The translations under genes and the position numbers were made by a program. A stretch of 64,000 nt of DNA from contig OZ193909.1 in assembly GCA_964276515.1 (NCBI GenBank), forward strand, positions 8,494,001-8,558,000. The letters run 5' to 3'. This document shows, one piece after another, positions 25,901-41,700 of this stretch. A model generated the notes under the pieces. The model did not search any database, was not told the origin of the DNA, and saw nothing but the letters and a program-made list of their open reading frames with translations. Origin of the DNA: Gordius albopunctatus. Lineage: Eukaryota. How positions within the stretch are numbered: position 1 is the first letter of the stretch; each line of letters opens with the position of its first letter.

Positions 25901-27261
25901 AGAGTATTTGTAAAAATCACGAACGCAACAGTATTCGTGGGTATAAATTAAACTTCTTACAAACACTTCAGATCCAGACTTTAGACAAGTTTATAAAATA
26001 CTCAAACTATTATCACAAAAATTATAAACAATTTTCCGAATCCCCTAAAAATTCTGTTAAAATTGCCTTCTCTTTTTTCCGACCAACATTTACTCATAAA
26101 TAAATCAACAACTATGATTATTTATTTTTAAAAAAAAGTTATAAAAAAATGATAAAATACAGTTATTTGAATAGTGGTCATATTTTCTCGGTGTAATTTC
26201 ACAAAATTATTCCGTTAAAATCTGAAAAAACGAATTTGCAACAAATTTCGCATAATATTTATTCCTTTTGTTTTTATATAAATTGTCAAAACTCAAAAGA
26301 CATATCTTCCTCTTTCATGCTTTTTGAAAGAATATCTCCTTAAATTTCTAAAAACGTAATATATATGTGAATTTAGCTTGTTGACAATTCATGTGTGTGC
26401 TTTCATGTAAAATTTATAGTTGTTTTTAAAGAAAATTATATCAGAAAATGATCATCGAATGGATTGTGGAATGCTTTAACATAATTGACACCTATTGCAC
26501 ATAACTCATCTAATATTTAAACTTTCCCTTTGTCATATTTTAGAAACAAATATTTCATATTACAACAACCTTATACAGGGGCCAAGAATATAAATTTATA
26601 AAACTTATGTAATGTAATATAAAATTTAATAAGTACCATAGCGGCGTAAAGCTGAATTTTACTTTACTAAATAAAGAAATTTCTTTAACAAAATTATTTG
26701 TGTTGATGAGTAACAGAAGATTCAATTCCTATATCTTTTTATTATTGGGAATAATGTTGCGAATAAAAAGATTTTACATAAGGTTACAGAACGTTAGAAA
26801 TAACGTGTTCAATAAATTGATAATTGTGTCAACTAAGTAAGAATTATAAAAAAAATCAATTTTGGATGTATTTTGAGCGCCAATCGGGCTCAAAAATATT
26901 CCTGAATTCTACTAAAATGATCGGGCTTCTCAAGCTATATTTTAATAATTTTTTAACTGCAAAGCAAAGAATTTTATTGAATTGAAATATATGATAATTC
27001 AATCGATGCAAAATAATTTAATTTTAAACAAATCATTTATCGAAATTTAATGGGTTTCTCACTTATTAATAGCAATTTAATTTATTATACGCTACGAGAT
27101 AGATTTAGATTCTGAATTCAGAACTTTTTTTAAGATTTAGGAGGGCATAAAAACATTATTTTTTCGAATCGGCATAACAAAAACACCAAGCCTGGATTGA
27201 GCTCAGCCAAATGAAAAATAATTTGCGAAACTCTAAATGCGAATAAGGAGGTGTTATTAAT

Positions 27262-28601
27262 CAGAGGTCAGATTTGTTGAGAATTTTCTGCCCGAACCCG
27301 GCCCGATTCAATCTTTTAACTTGATTGCCGCCCGGGCCCGCCCGAACCCATCTAAGTGTCCGCCGGGGCCCGCACGAATCGTTAAAGCTGCCAAAATTGC
27401 CCGGCCCGAAATATTAAATTTGTCCGTTAGTCCCGAATTTATGAGGTCCCAAAAAGAGGTCGGAGTAATTTAAATTTTTCTGCCCGAACCCGGTCCAAAT
27501 TTTTAACTAAATTGCCCGCCTGAACCCTTCTAAGAATCGGCTCAGTCATGCCCAAACCATTAGAGCTGCCCGGCCTGATTAATAAAATTTTCCCGGTAGA
27601 CCCGAAATTATCCAATACCAAAATCTTTCAACCACTATTACAAAATAAGCATTAAATTAAAATGGCATATTGATCCAAACAAAGATGACAATATTTTGCT
27701 AACAAAACTAATCATATGACATACAATTTTAATAGATAAATAAAAAATTATAAATTAATATAACTGATTTTGCTATAGAATGATAATTTTTATTGAAGCA
27801 AAAGAAAAAGAATATTATAAAAATAAGTAGGAAGGAATCAAAAAGGTTGAACGAATTTTTAGTTCTTAAAAAAATTAAATGAATTACTATTATGCGCATT
27901 GTTAGAAAATGGCATGGGGCTTTGTTTTAAGTCTACGTGGCACACATGGGTAGTGTATTGCGAACAATGAAATGACTTTGGCTACATAAATATAAATAAA
28001 TAAAAATGTAATAAAATAATTTACTACCAGAGAGTAAAATGGTGTCTTCCATAGTATTAGATTAGAGTAGCAGTTAACATGGGCGTAGCCAGCATTAAAA
28101 TTAGAGGGGGGCAATAATGATTTAGGATTAGGGAGGAGCAGAATGATCATTTTTTGAAAATTTAGCCATAATTTTAATAAATTTTAACAAATTTTTGAGT
28201 TTAGAGGGGGCAGCTGCCCCTTCCTGCCCCCCCCCCTTGTCTACGCCCATGGCAGTTTAAATCGTTGTGATTTTAGTCTTTTATAATATAATCTGAAAAT
28301 TAAAAATTTTGGATCTTGAGACTAACCAGTTAAACTAATTTATTCGAAATAAAATTTAATTTTGAAGAAATTGAAATTAGGACATTATATAAACGTACAA
28401 TGAATGAAGATTTAAGCGATGGAAAAAAATCTAGTCAAATTTATTATGGCCCAAAATTGTTTATAAGCGAATTTATCTTTTTTCAAGGAAAATTAATTTG
28501 ATAAAATTTTGGGCATGCCCGAATTGCCCGAATCTTATCAGCGTGCCCGCCCGAAAATTAAAATTTAAAGCAGTTGCCAGGCCGGGCATTTCTGGTCTCT
28601 G
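27262..28601 (-). mobile_element. Non-autonomous hAT element, copy 1
   Basis: TIRs CAGAGGTCAGA / TCTGGTCTCTG, perfect 8-bp TSD TTATTAAT (27254-27261, 28602-28609), GCCCG subterminal repeats; homologous in reverse orientation to 56464-57881. Confidence 0.93.
28078..28251. mobile_element. hAT-type MITE nested in the 27262-28601 element
   Basis: TIR CATGGGCGTAG / CTACGCCCATG; TSD gcagttaa/gcagttta. Confidence 0.85.
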
Positions 28602-30446
28602 TTATTAATAACATATTTAGAACCTTAAATGATAATCTATACCTATCACGGGAATTGTTATGAAGTTGAAAAGGGGAAACAACTGAAAAGAATTTTAGAG
28701 GATATTCGTGTAAGTTTTTAAAGTCGTTATTGATTATCGAGATAATTTGGTTTCTTTAATTATTAGTATTTTATATCTTGTTATATTTTTCTATCATAAA
28801 ATTTTCAATATATATCTTTCTATTTATTCCACAATCACGATAATAATTTGATATATTTTTGATATAATTTCCCATATGATCTTGCAACGATATATTATTA
28901 ATGTTCAAAGATAATCTTTTTCATAATAACGATTCTTTTTAGACAATGAATAATAATAATAATAAAGATTACGCGTTTCTTTTCTATATCTTGCGTATCG
29001 TATATTATAAAAACTTTTTTTATGGGCCGTTAAAAATGACACTACGCGCGTGTAACAAAAATAGCCTATCTTTTATGGCTTCTTAACAATGATTTTCACA
29101 AATAGAAGGAGGAGGAGGATGATTTGACAAAGATTACAAAATAGGAAAAGTAGGAAGATCAATTAAAATTAATATCTTATCAGCATGCATATATGCTACA
29201 ATTAGAACAAATTCAATTACAAAGTGAGACTTCACGTCAACATAATAATGTGTTGTGTTATAAGTTCTTAATACCAAATTAACTTTTTTTATTTGGATCT
29301 TCTTTACACCAGCCTGAATCTATAGAATGTAAAATCTAAATTTGGCTGGACAACCTCACATGGATGCTACATTATGTATATAAATTTTTAATCAAGTTGC
29401 AAAATTTTATTTTTTCCTATAAAATTTATTTGATATTTGAAGAAACAATTTGAACCCCCCCCCAACCCCCCACCCCCTCTAAATAAAATCCTGCGTACGA
29501 TCCTGACCTTACCTCTGCCTTTACCGATCTAAACTTTAATATTAATAATAGATTAGTAATGATTTTATTGCATGATCTTGTAGTTTATGATTAGACAATT
29601 ATAAATTGGAGAATTCATGTTGATTGCGCGTAAATTAATTGATCAATTTTCCATGCGGCGGCTATATTTAGGCCAAAACTTATGAGAAGGTCGTTTAACA
29701 TTTATATGTTTAACAAACTCTCTTTAATTGGTGTAACTTTTTTTTAGGAAAGTAAAAAAAACTTACTTAAGTGCGCCATGGGTTATACAGGACCCCAGCG
29801 GTCAAATAACTTCATAACATTAAAAAGTAATGCGACCAAATTTATTAAATTCTCATAAAACGTAGCTCCTTCTAAAATAAGGCTTTTGGAAAGGTCAGAT
29901 ACATTTATGTAAGATTGCGTTTTTTTATATAGGTTTATAAATATGGGAATATATCTCGCGAGTTAAATGAAATTTACATTGGACACAAAACTCTCCAACT
30001 ATTGCGGTACCTAAAATCATTATTTGGAGACAACTAAATGAGCGATACAGTATTAAGAAAATTGTTCCCTAATAAACTCTCCAGAATCAGGGGTATTTTA
30101 TATGTGAGGGATGACAAATCTTTATCCACCAGCCTAAAAAATTTATCAATCTGGGTCACACAATCCTAACATCTCCCCACTAATAAGATCCATTAATACA
30201 TGACCTATTACAACAAGTAAATAGTTAAAAAATAAAAATGAACAATTAACCAAAACGTCCGGTTGGTAACAGTAAACAGTGCCGCTAAATGATTAATATT
30301 GTTACTACCATTTCAAATTTCAGGGCAAGGCGCGCAAATGCATTAGACCGGGTAGTCTAAATGAGGGTTTCTAGAAGCTGATTTTTAGCCCGTTGTCTTT
30401 TTAATATCATCGTTCAACAAATCAAAAATTTCTATTCAATATAGCC

Positions 30447-32130
30447 TAGAGAACTGCACGGGTGACCCGAGACCCGAACCGGACCCGACCTTCGGGTTGA
30501 AAATTTTTAAATGCTTTTGGGTCGGGTCGGGTCAAATTTTTAGAGTCGGGTCCAAGTTTATACATTGTAAAAAACACGCGAGACCTATTTTTTCTAACAA
30601 AAAATATAATATAAATTGTATATATAAATCATATATTTTATATATATATATAAATAACCATATTATTTTGCAACTTTTATGTCTTTTTGCCGGCTGTCCA
30701 TTTCGCCAGGGGGCTGGATTTCCTCTTTTTTTAAATTTTAAAACTCCGAACTCTGAAGTGCTAGCTAATTCTCATCACTAATTCAAACTACATAAATTAC
30801 TCCTGGTTTTAATTTGACTATTAAAAGGTAAATTATTTCAATAAAGTTATATTTTAAATTTTTTTTAGTGTTAATCGTGAAGATTTAGCTACTCCTCATA
30901 ATTAATTTAAATTATATTTAATACATATTCAAAGATAACTTAAAAGTAAGTTATAATTTTAATTAATATGGTATGATAACTTGTTTATTTATAAAATATT
31001 TTAAATCGTGTGGATGTGAGATATTTTACCCTAAGTCAATATATCTTAACAATGATTTGATATTAAATAGATGCCTCTAAAATCTATAACACATGAGTAT
31101 TTAACTTAATATTAGATAGTAAAAATTAGTAAATATATATTAGTTTGTTATATAATTATATAACTTTTTTTTATAATATCTTAAATTACACTTCAAACTT
31201 AAAACATTTGAACAGTTACTATAAATTTCATTCACTATATGGATTATAATCAGCTATATAATAATGGTTTCATAATAACAATAAATCGATGTTAAATAGT
31301 TGTCTCAAGTCTATAACATATGAGCAGTTTACTTGATATTAGGAAACTAATTACATTGTGTTATAGCAAAAGATCTGGAAGAGGTAAGAATTAAAATAGC
31401 AGTTTTATAATAATATAACCTTTATACAATTTTTTTTTATTAATAGTTAAACTATTTGTTTGTATTCTATTGGTATATTTTTTAGCATTCACAACTTTTT
31501 AAGTCGTAAATAATTAAAATGATGCATGATATACAAGTGTAAAATGTTTATTCTAATCATCTATAACAATCATATTCAAATTGTATTGAAATTACATAAA
31601 TAAATATTCATAAAGCAACATAAAAATATTTAAATAAATGAGTCATTTGTAAATCCTATTTCTATGTATTTTAAATGAATATGAAATATTATTGTAAATA
31701 ACTGTTACACTATTTATGATCATTATAGTGAATGAGGATATTGAATATAATAAGATTAAAAAATGATTGAAACAAATGTATACAGAGTAGAAAAAAATGT
31801 AACTGGGAAATCAAAGGTGTGGGACATGTTTCAATCGATATTTGATGAAATTAATACCAAATTAAATTTTGTAAGTTGTAGTGGATGTAAAGCAATTTAT
31901 TCCTACAATGCATTCTACAGGTAATTTGTTATACTGTTAAAAATATATTATTTGTAATATTTATAAATATAGTAAACCAAAATATGAGTACTATTACTAC
32001 CTTTTTGATTTATTTTGTTTTTTAAACTAAGTATATTAAATAAAATTAGGAACTAACCACCTAATGATGCACATTTGTCACAATAAGAAGAAAGATCAAC
32101 AACCAATTGATGGTTTTTTGGCTACTAAAC
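30447..32130 (+). mobile_element. 5' part of a hAT transposon with spliced BED zinc-finger exons (truncated, frameshifted)
   Basis: Terminus TAGAGAACTGCACGGG with ACCCG/CGGGT subterminal repeats; exon ~31729-31920 KSKVWDMF...VSCSGCKAIYSYN; exon from 32051 GTNHLMMHIC; no right TIR found. Confidence 0.75.
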
Positions 32131-32149
32131 ATGTCCCCCTTAACAATCA

Positions 32150-33030
32150 AAATATATTTAAAGTATTTTCCTAAATTCGTAACGGCCCAACTTTACAGGC
32201 AGAATTATTGTCAGTGGTCAAAAGATGCTTTCTTGAAAGGAGTAAAACGTGAGCTAAAATGGATCTCTCTAATCGCTGACATTCACACACCTATTATTGA
32301 GGCATATTTATTACACATGCATAACATAGTTATAGAAGCTAAAAACGAACAATTAAATAACGACGAAGGTCAGTTATAGCCCCATCGTCCTTTAGGACGC
32401 GTAGATACTCATTCGGAATTAAGTCTGATAATGAAATAATTTCAACCACTGATAGCACAGGCTGATTTTGATTACCAAATGACCAAACTCGATGTACGCC
32501 ATCACATCTCAACGAAGGGATCGACACAGCTTTCGAGACCAATACCCTACATGAAGTCATGAAAGAATTTGAATTTCAGAATTCTAAAAGCGACTGAGCA
32601 ACACCTTTGCATTTAGCCATTAAAAAATAGGGAGATTTGAAACCATTTAATGACTCTAAAAGCTGTAACAAAATTTATCATATTCATTATTTTACAACAA
32701 ATTTATGTAGAAAACATTTTTTAGTTAATTGGAATTAATAAGAGCCTATCATCTTATTATAATGGAAAACGAGGTCATTTGTAAGGCTTTGGGTAAAACA
32801 CTTTTTGGACTTTTCTCAGGATGACTGTTAGTCTTAAAAACTCAGCTAAAACTTTCCAACGATTCATTGATGAAATTTTAAGATACTTTGATGACAAGTA
32901 TGTCTTAATTTATAACATACTTATAACCAGCTTGTCTGAAAAGTAAATAGAAATCAATCTAAAATCTTCTCTTCAATGTCCTCAGGATATGATCTAGGAC
33001 TAATCTTATAAAATGAAAATTCGAAGTCCA
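32150..33030 (+). pseudogene. Highly decayed Ty3/Gypsy pol (protease-RT) remnant
   Basis: KRELKWISLIADIHTPII (protease C-terminus), *ATPLHLAIKK*GDLKP, TLFGLF and LKNSAKTFQRFIDEIL (RT motifs). Confidence 0.75.
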
Positions 33031-35724
33031 AAAACTTTCTTAGTGACCAAGAAATTCAGTTTAGGATGAATATAGCTTAAATTAAAATTCAAAGTAAGGC
33101 TGAGGGTGGGTTTGTATTAAAATGACAAGCGCATTAATGAAAGGTTATAAAGTGATTGAGGGTTCAATTTTATTAAAATCTTGCGATTATCTGAGTTCTG
33201 CGCTAAAGCCTTTGCCTTCAGTAGCAAGCTTATTTAGAGTTCAGAGATATCTTTACATTTAAGATTTTAATAAAATTTTTAGGCTTTAGACATATAATTT
33301 TTAAGGTTTGTGGTTATATGTTTTATATAAAAAGTTATATCTAAAGATTTAGAATAAAAAAATAAAATATTGATTTTTAAATGTACATATCAAGAGACAC
33401 TTGAACGGCGAAATCCAATCCTAATCCATAGATATACCGACGCAAACTAAATAAATTTCAGCATAGCCATATGTAGTACATCTTTCATCACCTCTTAACA
33501 TTGTTCTTATAATTAAAAAAATAGAACGGGTAAAAATGAATGTCTAAAAATTTAGATTTAAAAATTAATAAAAAATTTAACTTTAATAAAAAATAACTCA
33601 ACTAAATATACTTTCAGCCTTTTCCGACTTACATGGTCTGTGTTTATCTCTCGTTGCTAAACATCTTGAATGCCATAGTGCAATTTATTCAAATAACAAC
33701 ACCTATCATATAATATGGCATGGACAAAAAAATTGAATTTTTTTTCAAATTATACGGAAAAATTCAATGATATTAATAGGATTCTTGTTAGTGGTGTGCA
33801 TATTAAAAATAATAAATAATCTTAATTTATTTGATATTTAATTTTAAATGAAATCTCCTAATTCTAACACTACTTTTACAAAAAATTTCTGTCCCGAGTG
33901 CGTGTTTTCTAATAGGAAGAAGTTTAATTCTTAATTATTTCTCTAAAAAACGATCTCAACCTCTAAAAGAAACGAGAAAGATGCTAATACAAGCCAAATT
34001 CTAATAAAGTTAATTAATATTTTTATATTTCTAAGTATTTAACATTGGTATTTAAATTAGTTCCTTGTTTATAGAGATTGCGGGTATACTACGAGAGAAG
34101 AGTATAATAATAAAATACAACTAATATATACTCAATTTAAAGATATTTTATAAAGCGTTTTGAACTTTTCCTTCATACATGCTTCATTTTTAAACATACT
34201 TCAAAATCTAATTTCTTTAGAAATTGTACGTGTCGATTCTACAGTAGAAATTGATGTGAAAATTTAATTAAAAATTAATATTAGCTAACTTTATTAAAGC
34301 AAACACAACTGGCTCCACCAAAGCAGGGCATGCATGGATAGGCTTTTAGTTAAAAATTGCGGGTCGGGCTTGGACGAGCGTTATGGTAATAAAACGAGCC
34401 CGAGACAGGACTAGCTATTAATAGGGCAAAACTTTTTTAATAAAAAATGGTGTCCATTTATAATGTTAATCAAATTTTATAATTATTAAACTTTAAAATA
34501 TAATTAAATCCTCGTTAATTATTCATAGAAATTGTGATTTTTAAATAAGCAGAATTCAAGATTTTTTATAATTTAATAAGGAGATCGTGAAAAATTAACA
34601 AAAATAGATATATTTAGTTATATAAAATTAACCTTGCATAAAGTTTTAATTCTAATAAATGGTGTATGCAGCTCCAACGGCGCGTTACTTGTTGGAACAA
34701 ATAAAAGCCTGTTTGGGACTGATATTGAACATTTTGAATATATAAATAAACTATTGTTTTAGTATTGACATAAAATGTTTAAAAAGTGGCAGAATATATA
34801 AGAATTTTTTGGGCTTGTGCTTTGCAAAAAATCAGCGGGTCGAACTCGCGCTTATAATTAAATTTTAACGCGGCGGGACAATTTTTGGTACTAGTGGGCA
34901 AATTATGCCTAAAAGACCCAGTGTTTAGTTCAAACAATGGCTCTACTTAGCTCAAAAGGAAAAGAATTTGCGTCCCTTAAAATATTATTAATGAATTTTT
35001 TACCAGAAACCCATCGTAAATACTGACCCCCTCCCTTTACTTGGAGAGTCCTGCCTCCGCCACTACCGTAGATAAGCTTAATAAATTTTTGTTTAATAGT
35101 ATTATTTTTCAAATTTTTTTAAACCCCCCCCCCGCATACCCTTCCCCCCTTGAGGCAATCCTGTCTACGCCTATGATGTTATCTTTTGTGAGTCTATTGA
35201 ATTTTGACACCTTGTCAAAAAATTATAATGAAACTACTTATATCGTATTTATTTTTATTCAAGCTTACCTCAACAATCGAGCATAATAATAATAAACTTA
35301 AAAACAGTAATATTGGTTCAACCGTAAGAATATAGAATAAATAGTTTATATGGACTGATAAATTTATAAATAAATCAATTTTGTATATAAATGAATAATA
35401 ATTAAAATCGATTGGTGTGAATTCAAAGTTGTTATCTAAATAAATATTATAGAATATCTAATGTGTATAATGAAGATGGCATCAAATTATCTGCCATTTA
35501 GTGATAAAATAACATAGACACTTATGGCAAATATATAAGAAACAAAGCAGATTATTTTTTCCAGTTTACAAGTTATCAAATTCAGCCATCAAAAAGGCCT
35601 CCATCTTTTTTAATGTAGAGGATTTTATCTATAAGAAATTTAATATAGCACATAACAAAATTTAGTTTGATTATTAAGAACATGTGTTAAACATATGAGC
35701 TTCAATCGAAAGTTCTAATGTTAA

Positions 35725-38700
35725 ATGTCGGATCAAAATACGAAAAAAAAGCCACATAAAGGCATTCTTAAGCCAGCGTCAAGCCTGGATGAATCAAAAT
35801 CAGAACGTCGAGAAAGGTTAGTTTTGGAAATTGAATGTCTATTGAGCCTAAATGCGTCAGATATATCATGTATTGTTTTGTCATAATAAATTTTAATATA
35901 ATACTTTAACTAATTTTTCAATTTATTCTGCTTATGAAGCTATGAATATTTATATTAGCTAACACTTTTATAAAATGTCGCCTTGGCTAAAGAAATTAAA
36001 ATATTAAAGGGTACCTGTCCCTTATCCAACATATTAATAATTGTTTAATAGCATTGAAATTTTTTAAATTTGTAAAAGAAGCAAATGTGCCAAGTATTTA
36101 TAACCATTATGAATTTTATTTAAATTATTTTAACTCGTATATTTTTATTTAATATAGAGATAGTTTGAGATTTGAAATATTTGGATAGTGTGAGTTTTAA
36201 GTGCATTAAATATCAACATTTTTTATTTATAGTACACAATTGTAATTACTGAATACTTTTTCCACTCAATTAACATTACTAACAAATTGATGTCAGTTTT
36301 AAAAAGTTAGAAAATTACAATTTTAATATTTTTAAAATATAATGCAAATAATATATAAGCAATGTATCATTGTGGTTAAAATATTAAAATTCTTTTGATT
36401 AGCCTTGTAGATTGTTTGAATGCATTATAGCTAAATAACTTCATTACACAGCTGAAACCTGCAAGGTCATTCTTTATCCTGTATACAATGAAATCAATTA
36501 TATAGATTATGTCCCCTTTTGAGTTATAGTCAAACATCGTTGCAATAAAATGCTGAATCTAAGCTTCACCACATAACATGTTTATTTTGTTATAAAATCT
36601 TTAATACTTAATTTCATTTAGCATGCCAAATTATATTGTATAGTAATGGATATGATTAGATGAATGTAGGCTATCTGTAGTTAATAAATTTTTTAAAAAA
36701 ACTCTAGCATTTTTAGCCATAAGTTCTTATTGTGAAATTTGGTTTTATTAAAGATAATTATAATATGTGAGGAAAGAGTTGCACAATTTTACCTATGTAA
36801 ACTCCACATGATACTAAATTTTTGGACGCATATTATAAAGCCACTGTCAAAATAATGATTTCCTCTTTAAGGGGAACCTAATGCTGTAATACAAATAGTA
36901 GGTATTATTATGGAGTAACATATAATATCCCTTTATATAATAAATTTTTTACTTATTATATCTATAGCCAAATTGTGTTTTATATCTAAGGGCTTGGTCT
37001 TAATATCGGATTCAGATTCATATCGCGCGAATTTATTTTTGTCTGAATATCCGATTCCATTTTATGGGTCAAACACGGTTGTAATTATTAATATATTTTT
37101 TTATAGTTAAAAACGTTTTATTGTTTATTTCAACTCTTGAGATTATATCTAAACTAAGCTGATACCTAAAAATTTTAAAACGCAACATTTAAACGCATGA
37201 AAAAATTTGCATCTTCCAAAATCGCTCTTATTTTATGCGTCTGTAATGCAAATGTTCTGTGAATTCGAAATTAAGACACGGGGCTATGTTATAACACGTA
37301 CGACGAGTTTTGCTGCGCAGCAAAATCCCATATTAAGACAAGCCCTAACGCCTCACTTTTGATTCTCTTGATTTTGTTTAAATAAATTTCTTGAAAAAAT
37401 TCAATTCTAACTCCTAAACGCCAACTAGCCTCTATTTTATCAAGTACTCTTACCTTGACCTTTCCTCCCAATTTTTTTTTACCCAGGCCCAACCCGAGAC
37501 CGGCTCGACTTTTTGGAAATGTAATTTTACAAAATTTTATTCAGAATCCCCACCCTCACCTTTAATTTAACATAAAAATATTTTGGCTCCTCTAAATAGT
37601 CTACACAACAAAGGAATTAGTAAAAAGTTAAAAAAAAAACTTTTAGCTAGTATTTGCCTCAGACCTCGGGTTGACCCATCAGCCGAACCCGAGGCCAGAT
37701 TAAATTTTAATTTTGTGTCCAAGCCGCTCTCTTGTATACACTAATTTTGCCAGGTTGATATTATTATCTTCTGCGAAAAAGGGTACATAAGCGAATATTT
37801 TATTCCCAAACATGGGTGGGGCGGCCAAAAATTCTTCAAAATTTAATATAATTATAATGACTAAATTTACTAAAAATTATCATTTTGCACCTTCCTACCT
37901 CTAAATCCATCCCTGGCTACGCCCATGTTCCCAATGCTATTCAGAGTTTTAGAGTGGAGATGTATAAATATAACATTCGGGTCGAAAAATTTAAATTCAA
38001 TGTAGGGCTAACGGTTTTTAATTATTTAGTATTTAGCTTGGTAGAGTCGGCAGTTTTAATACATTTTAGGATTATCTAAACAAATTTTTTACGTCTCTTC
38101 AGTCAATTTTAGAAATAATTGAATTTTTTTAGCCCCCCTCAAAATTAGCGCATAATTTTCACTGATTCCTACCGCAACTATGCTTGGTCTGTATAATCAA
38201 AGACATTCTTAAAACTTTCGTACGACAAATAAATCTTTATTACCCTAAAATATTTTTATATTGATTTATCAAAGGAAAAATTGATTTAAAGTTACTTTAA
38301 TTCATTAAGGGTATAAGGTTTAAACTTGATAAGAATTTTTTATTTTGAGTTAAAAAATCAAATCTCAGTAAAAATAAATCAAGTCAAACTTTGCTTTAAT
38401 TTTCAGAGAGATATTTCAAGGTAAACAATTGATAATATTTTAAAAGTTTGACATTTTTGTAGATTTTAAACATTTTTCATATATAATATATATTTTTCTC
38501 GAGTTATATATATAGTATACACGGAAAAAAAATTGTAAAAATCTTCCCTGTGTGGTCATTTACCATAGGGAGTATAAAGTTTGAGCGGCGCATTTGCTTT
38601 TTTGTCCGTGCCCAACCTGAAATACGAAACCGCAAAATTATCAAATTTTATTTACGTCTTTTCCCGACTTCAAAGCTGTTTTTGTCCCTTTTCAAAAATG

Positions 38701-41700
38701 TAACGAAGTACTGACCGCTTCTATATTAATTAGCTAAAATTTATTACCAAATTTCAATTCATTGCCACCTAATTCTCTATGATACCTTTTTAAAGTTTGT
38801 TTAGATGTGTTAACTGTTGCAGGGAATATGAATCTATTTGTAGTCAATAAAAAAGATTCCTAGGCATTTATTTTTTAAAAGTTTATCCATTTTATTATTG
38901 CAATGGCGAAAACATGTCATAAATAAATAAAGATATATAGATTTTTAAATACGGGGGGGGGGCGACAAAAATATGGAAATATTAATGATTTAGAGCGTCA
39001 AATATTTGTCATTAATAATTTTTGATATAAGGATTAGGTCAGTTTCCCTTGTCTGCTTACCTCCATCTTCTACGGTTTTATAACCGGATGGTAAGTATTC
39101 TCTCGGTCGCCATTTCCCTTTTGAAATAATGTGTTTGGCCCATTTGTCCGTGTTCTACTTTGTTGTTAGTATAGTATTTTGCCTTGTTGCCAGAATTATT
39201 ATCAATATTGCCAAATATTTTGCACAAAATCAATGATACAGAGATGATGAAAAAGGCAAACAGGCTGTATTTATTTTTATCTTGCCTTCCTAAATCAATT
39301 TTATTTATTTGGCTGTAATAAACTTGAAGGAAATTAATGCATATTTTAAATTTTTTTGATCGAGACAGTTTAATTATTTTGCCCTTTAAGGCTTTAATTC
39401 CTTATGGTTAGCTTTAGCATGTTAAAAAATTTTATATGCTATTTTATAGAAAAATTATCCAGGAATTTTAGCAGTAAAAGATTTTGATTACTTTGGCCTC
39501 ATAATTACATAACAACTTTGTATGTTTTAATTCGTTGCTCTTTTTTCGTTTTTAACGAAATTAACGCATTAGACCTTCTACCATTATTTCAACGTAAAGA
39601 TCACCAATGTGCTATTATTAATTTATGACCAAACATATGAAAAATCCATTAAGGATCGCTAAAGTTTAAAAGGCTTTTTATAGATATAGTGCTTTTAAAG
39701 CACACCCCATAAGCTACACATTTAAGCTTAGGAATCTACTTTTACAATATATGTTTTAATGAAATTTCCACACATTTTTTTAAAATTAAGGCTGAAAATG
39801 TGTATTTACATAATGGAAGTTAAAATGTTTATAACCCATAGTTAAAAATGTTATAAAAACGAAGGTGTTTTAGTTTTTTGCGAACCTTAATATATGATTT
39901 AGAATATTTTGCAATAAGAGTAATTGCTTCGTTTTGACATTTTCAAGTCAATTCAAAATTTTGATTTGCCACAGGAGTTAATTGTCCTCCGTCAACTAAG
40001 CTGTCCAGATAAGTGATAAGTTGGCTATTTTAATACTAGAAGAAAATCACGCAATTTATAAAAAGATTACTATTCAAAACCATGACAAAAAAGGTATGTT
40101 GGATAAAAGCTTATTATTTATGAAACTTCAGTCAATTAACAATATATGTTTCTATAGTCTTATTTATAGTCTTGAAATTAGCGCAAATTTGATGTATAAG
40201 TTTGCGCGCAAGAAATTTAGGTTATTATTCATGAATTAATATATAATGTTTTTTTAGGTTTTACCATAGTATTGAATATATGTAAAAAAACCAAACAGCG
40301 GTCATTGGCGACTGTATTTGTGAAAGCAAAATAAAAGTATTTTATAGAAGCATGACTCCACGGCCATTAAAAACGAAACACGTATAGGTGGTGTCCACGG
40401 GAATTATTGAAAAATGACAAGTTGGACAGGACGAGGACCGGCGGAAGGGCAACCAAAACCGACCCCATCCTAGCAATTAAAAATTAAATTGGTGAGGTGG
40501 GGGGTATCTGTGTCCAATCCTTACTGCGCCCACGATTAAAAGAAACCCCCATAGGAACATTCCTAGGCTAATGATTACAATTAAATTTATCGTGAATAAA
40601 ATGTTAGGCTCTCGTATTATTATTTATCCCCGCATACTACGCGTCATAATTCTCCTTTTTACGCTGTCGCTATCGATTTTTCGCACTCATATCCCTAACG
40701 CAACAGTCAATGCACAGTATTATATACCGTATATGTCATCACGAAAGGCTTAGCCTCTCGTAACCCTTAATTTTCAAAAATTCTCTACTATTATTTAATA
40801 AAATTTGGCTTAAAATTTCGAGTTAATCACTATTTTCTATTTTATTAAGTATTACCATCTTGACCCCACCGCCCCTTTAAAATAAATATTGATTACGCCC
40901 ACGTGTGTCACCTGTCATATGGGACATATTTGACAAAGCGTGTCAAATGTTTATTGAAAAATAGCTTATGAGTAGTAGGCTGAAGTAAAGGGCCACATAC
41001 ATCAATTACATATTTTTTCCACCTAATTCTCCCCTTTCCTTATGCGACATCAATTTTAGATGAACTGGATCAATGATTGGATTTTATTAATATATCCATT
41101 AGTGTCTCCATGGTTGTACCCCCCCCCCCCTCCCCCTCAAAATCCAAAAATTTATTACAATTATGGCTAAAATTTTAGAAAATGTTGATTTTGCCCCTCC
41201 CTAAATCATTATTGCCCCCCCCCTCTAACCCCAATGCTGGCTACGCCGATGAGTGTCTCCTTTTCCTTTACAATTTTAATTTATATTAATATCTTAATCT
41301 TAACAATAGATTGGGTAATGTAATGACCTATAAATTTCAATGAAATTTATGTAATTCGATAAACGCGTTCCCTCATTCCTGGTAATAAAATTATATGGCC
41401 TAGTAGTGAAATCGAATGTGCCCATTACACCCTCCCTCATGCGCTTTGGTTTAACAGTTGGCAATTTTAATAAAGATCAATATTATATATGATGAAACAA
41501 ATTTTTACGGGAAAAATGTCGTGTAAAAGCCTGTATTTGATGTTTAATAAAACCAGCTATTGGCCCAGGTCCTGGGTTTCTTCTGAAAAATTCGGCCCTT
41601 TCAAGGGGGGGGTATATATTTATTAATTTTATTTAAGTTTGCAAAATGTTTTAAATAAGTTTATAAATCCTATCTAAATCTATAACGATTGATTTATCAT

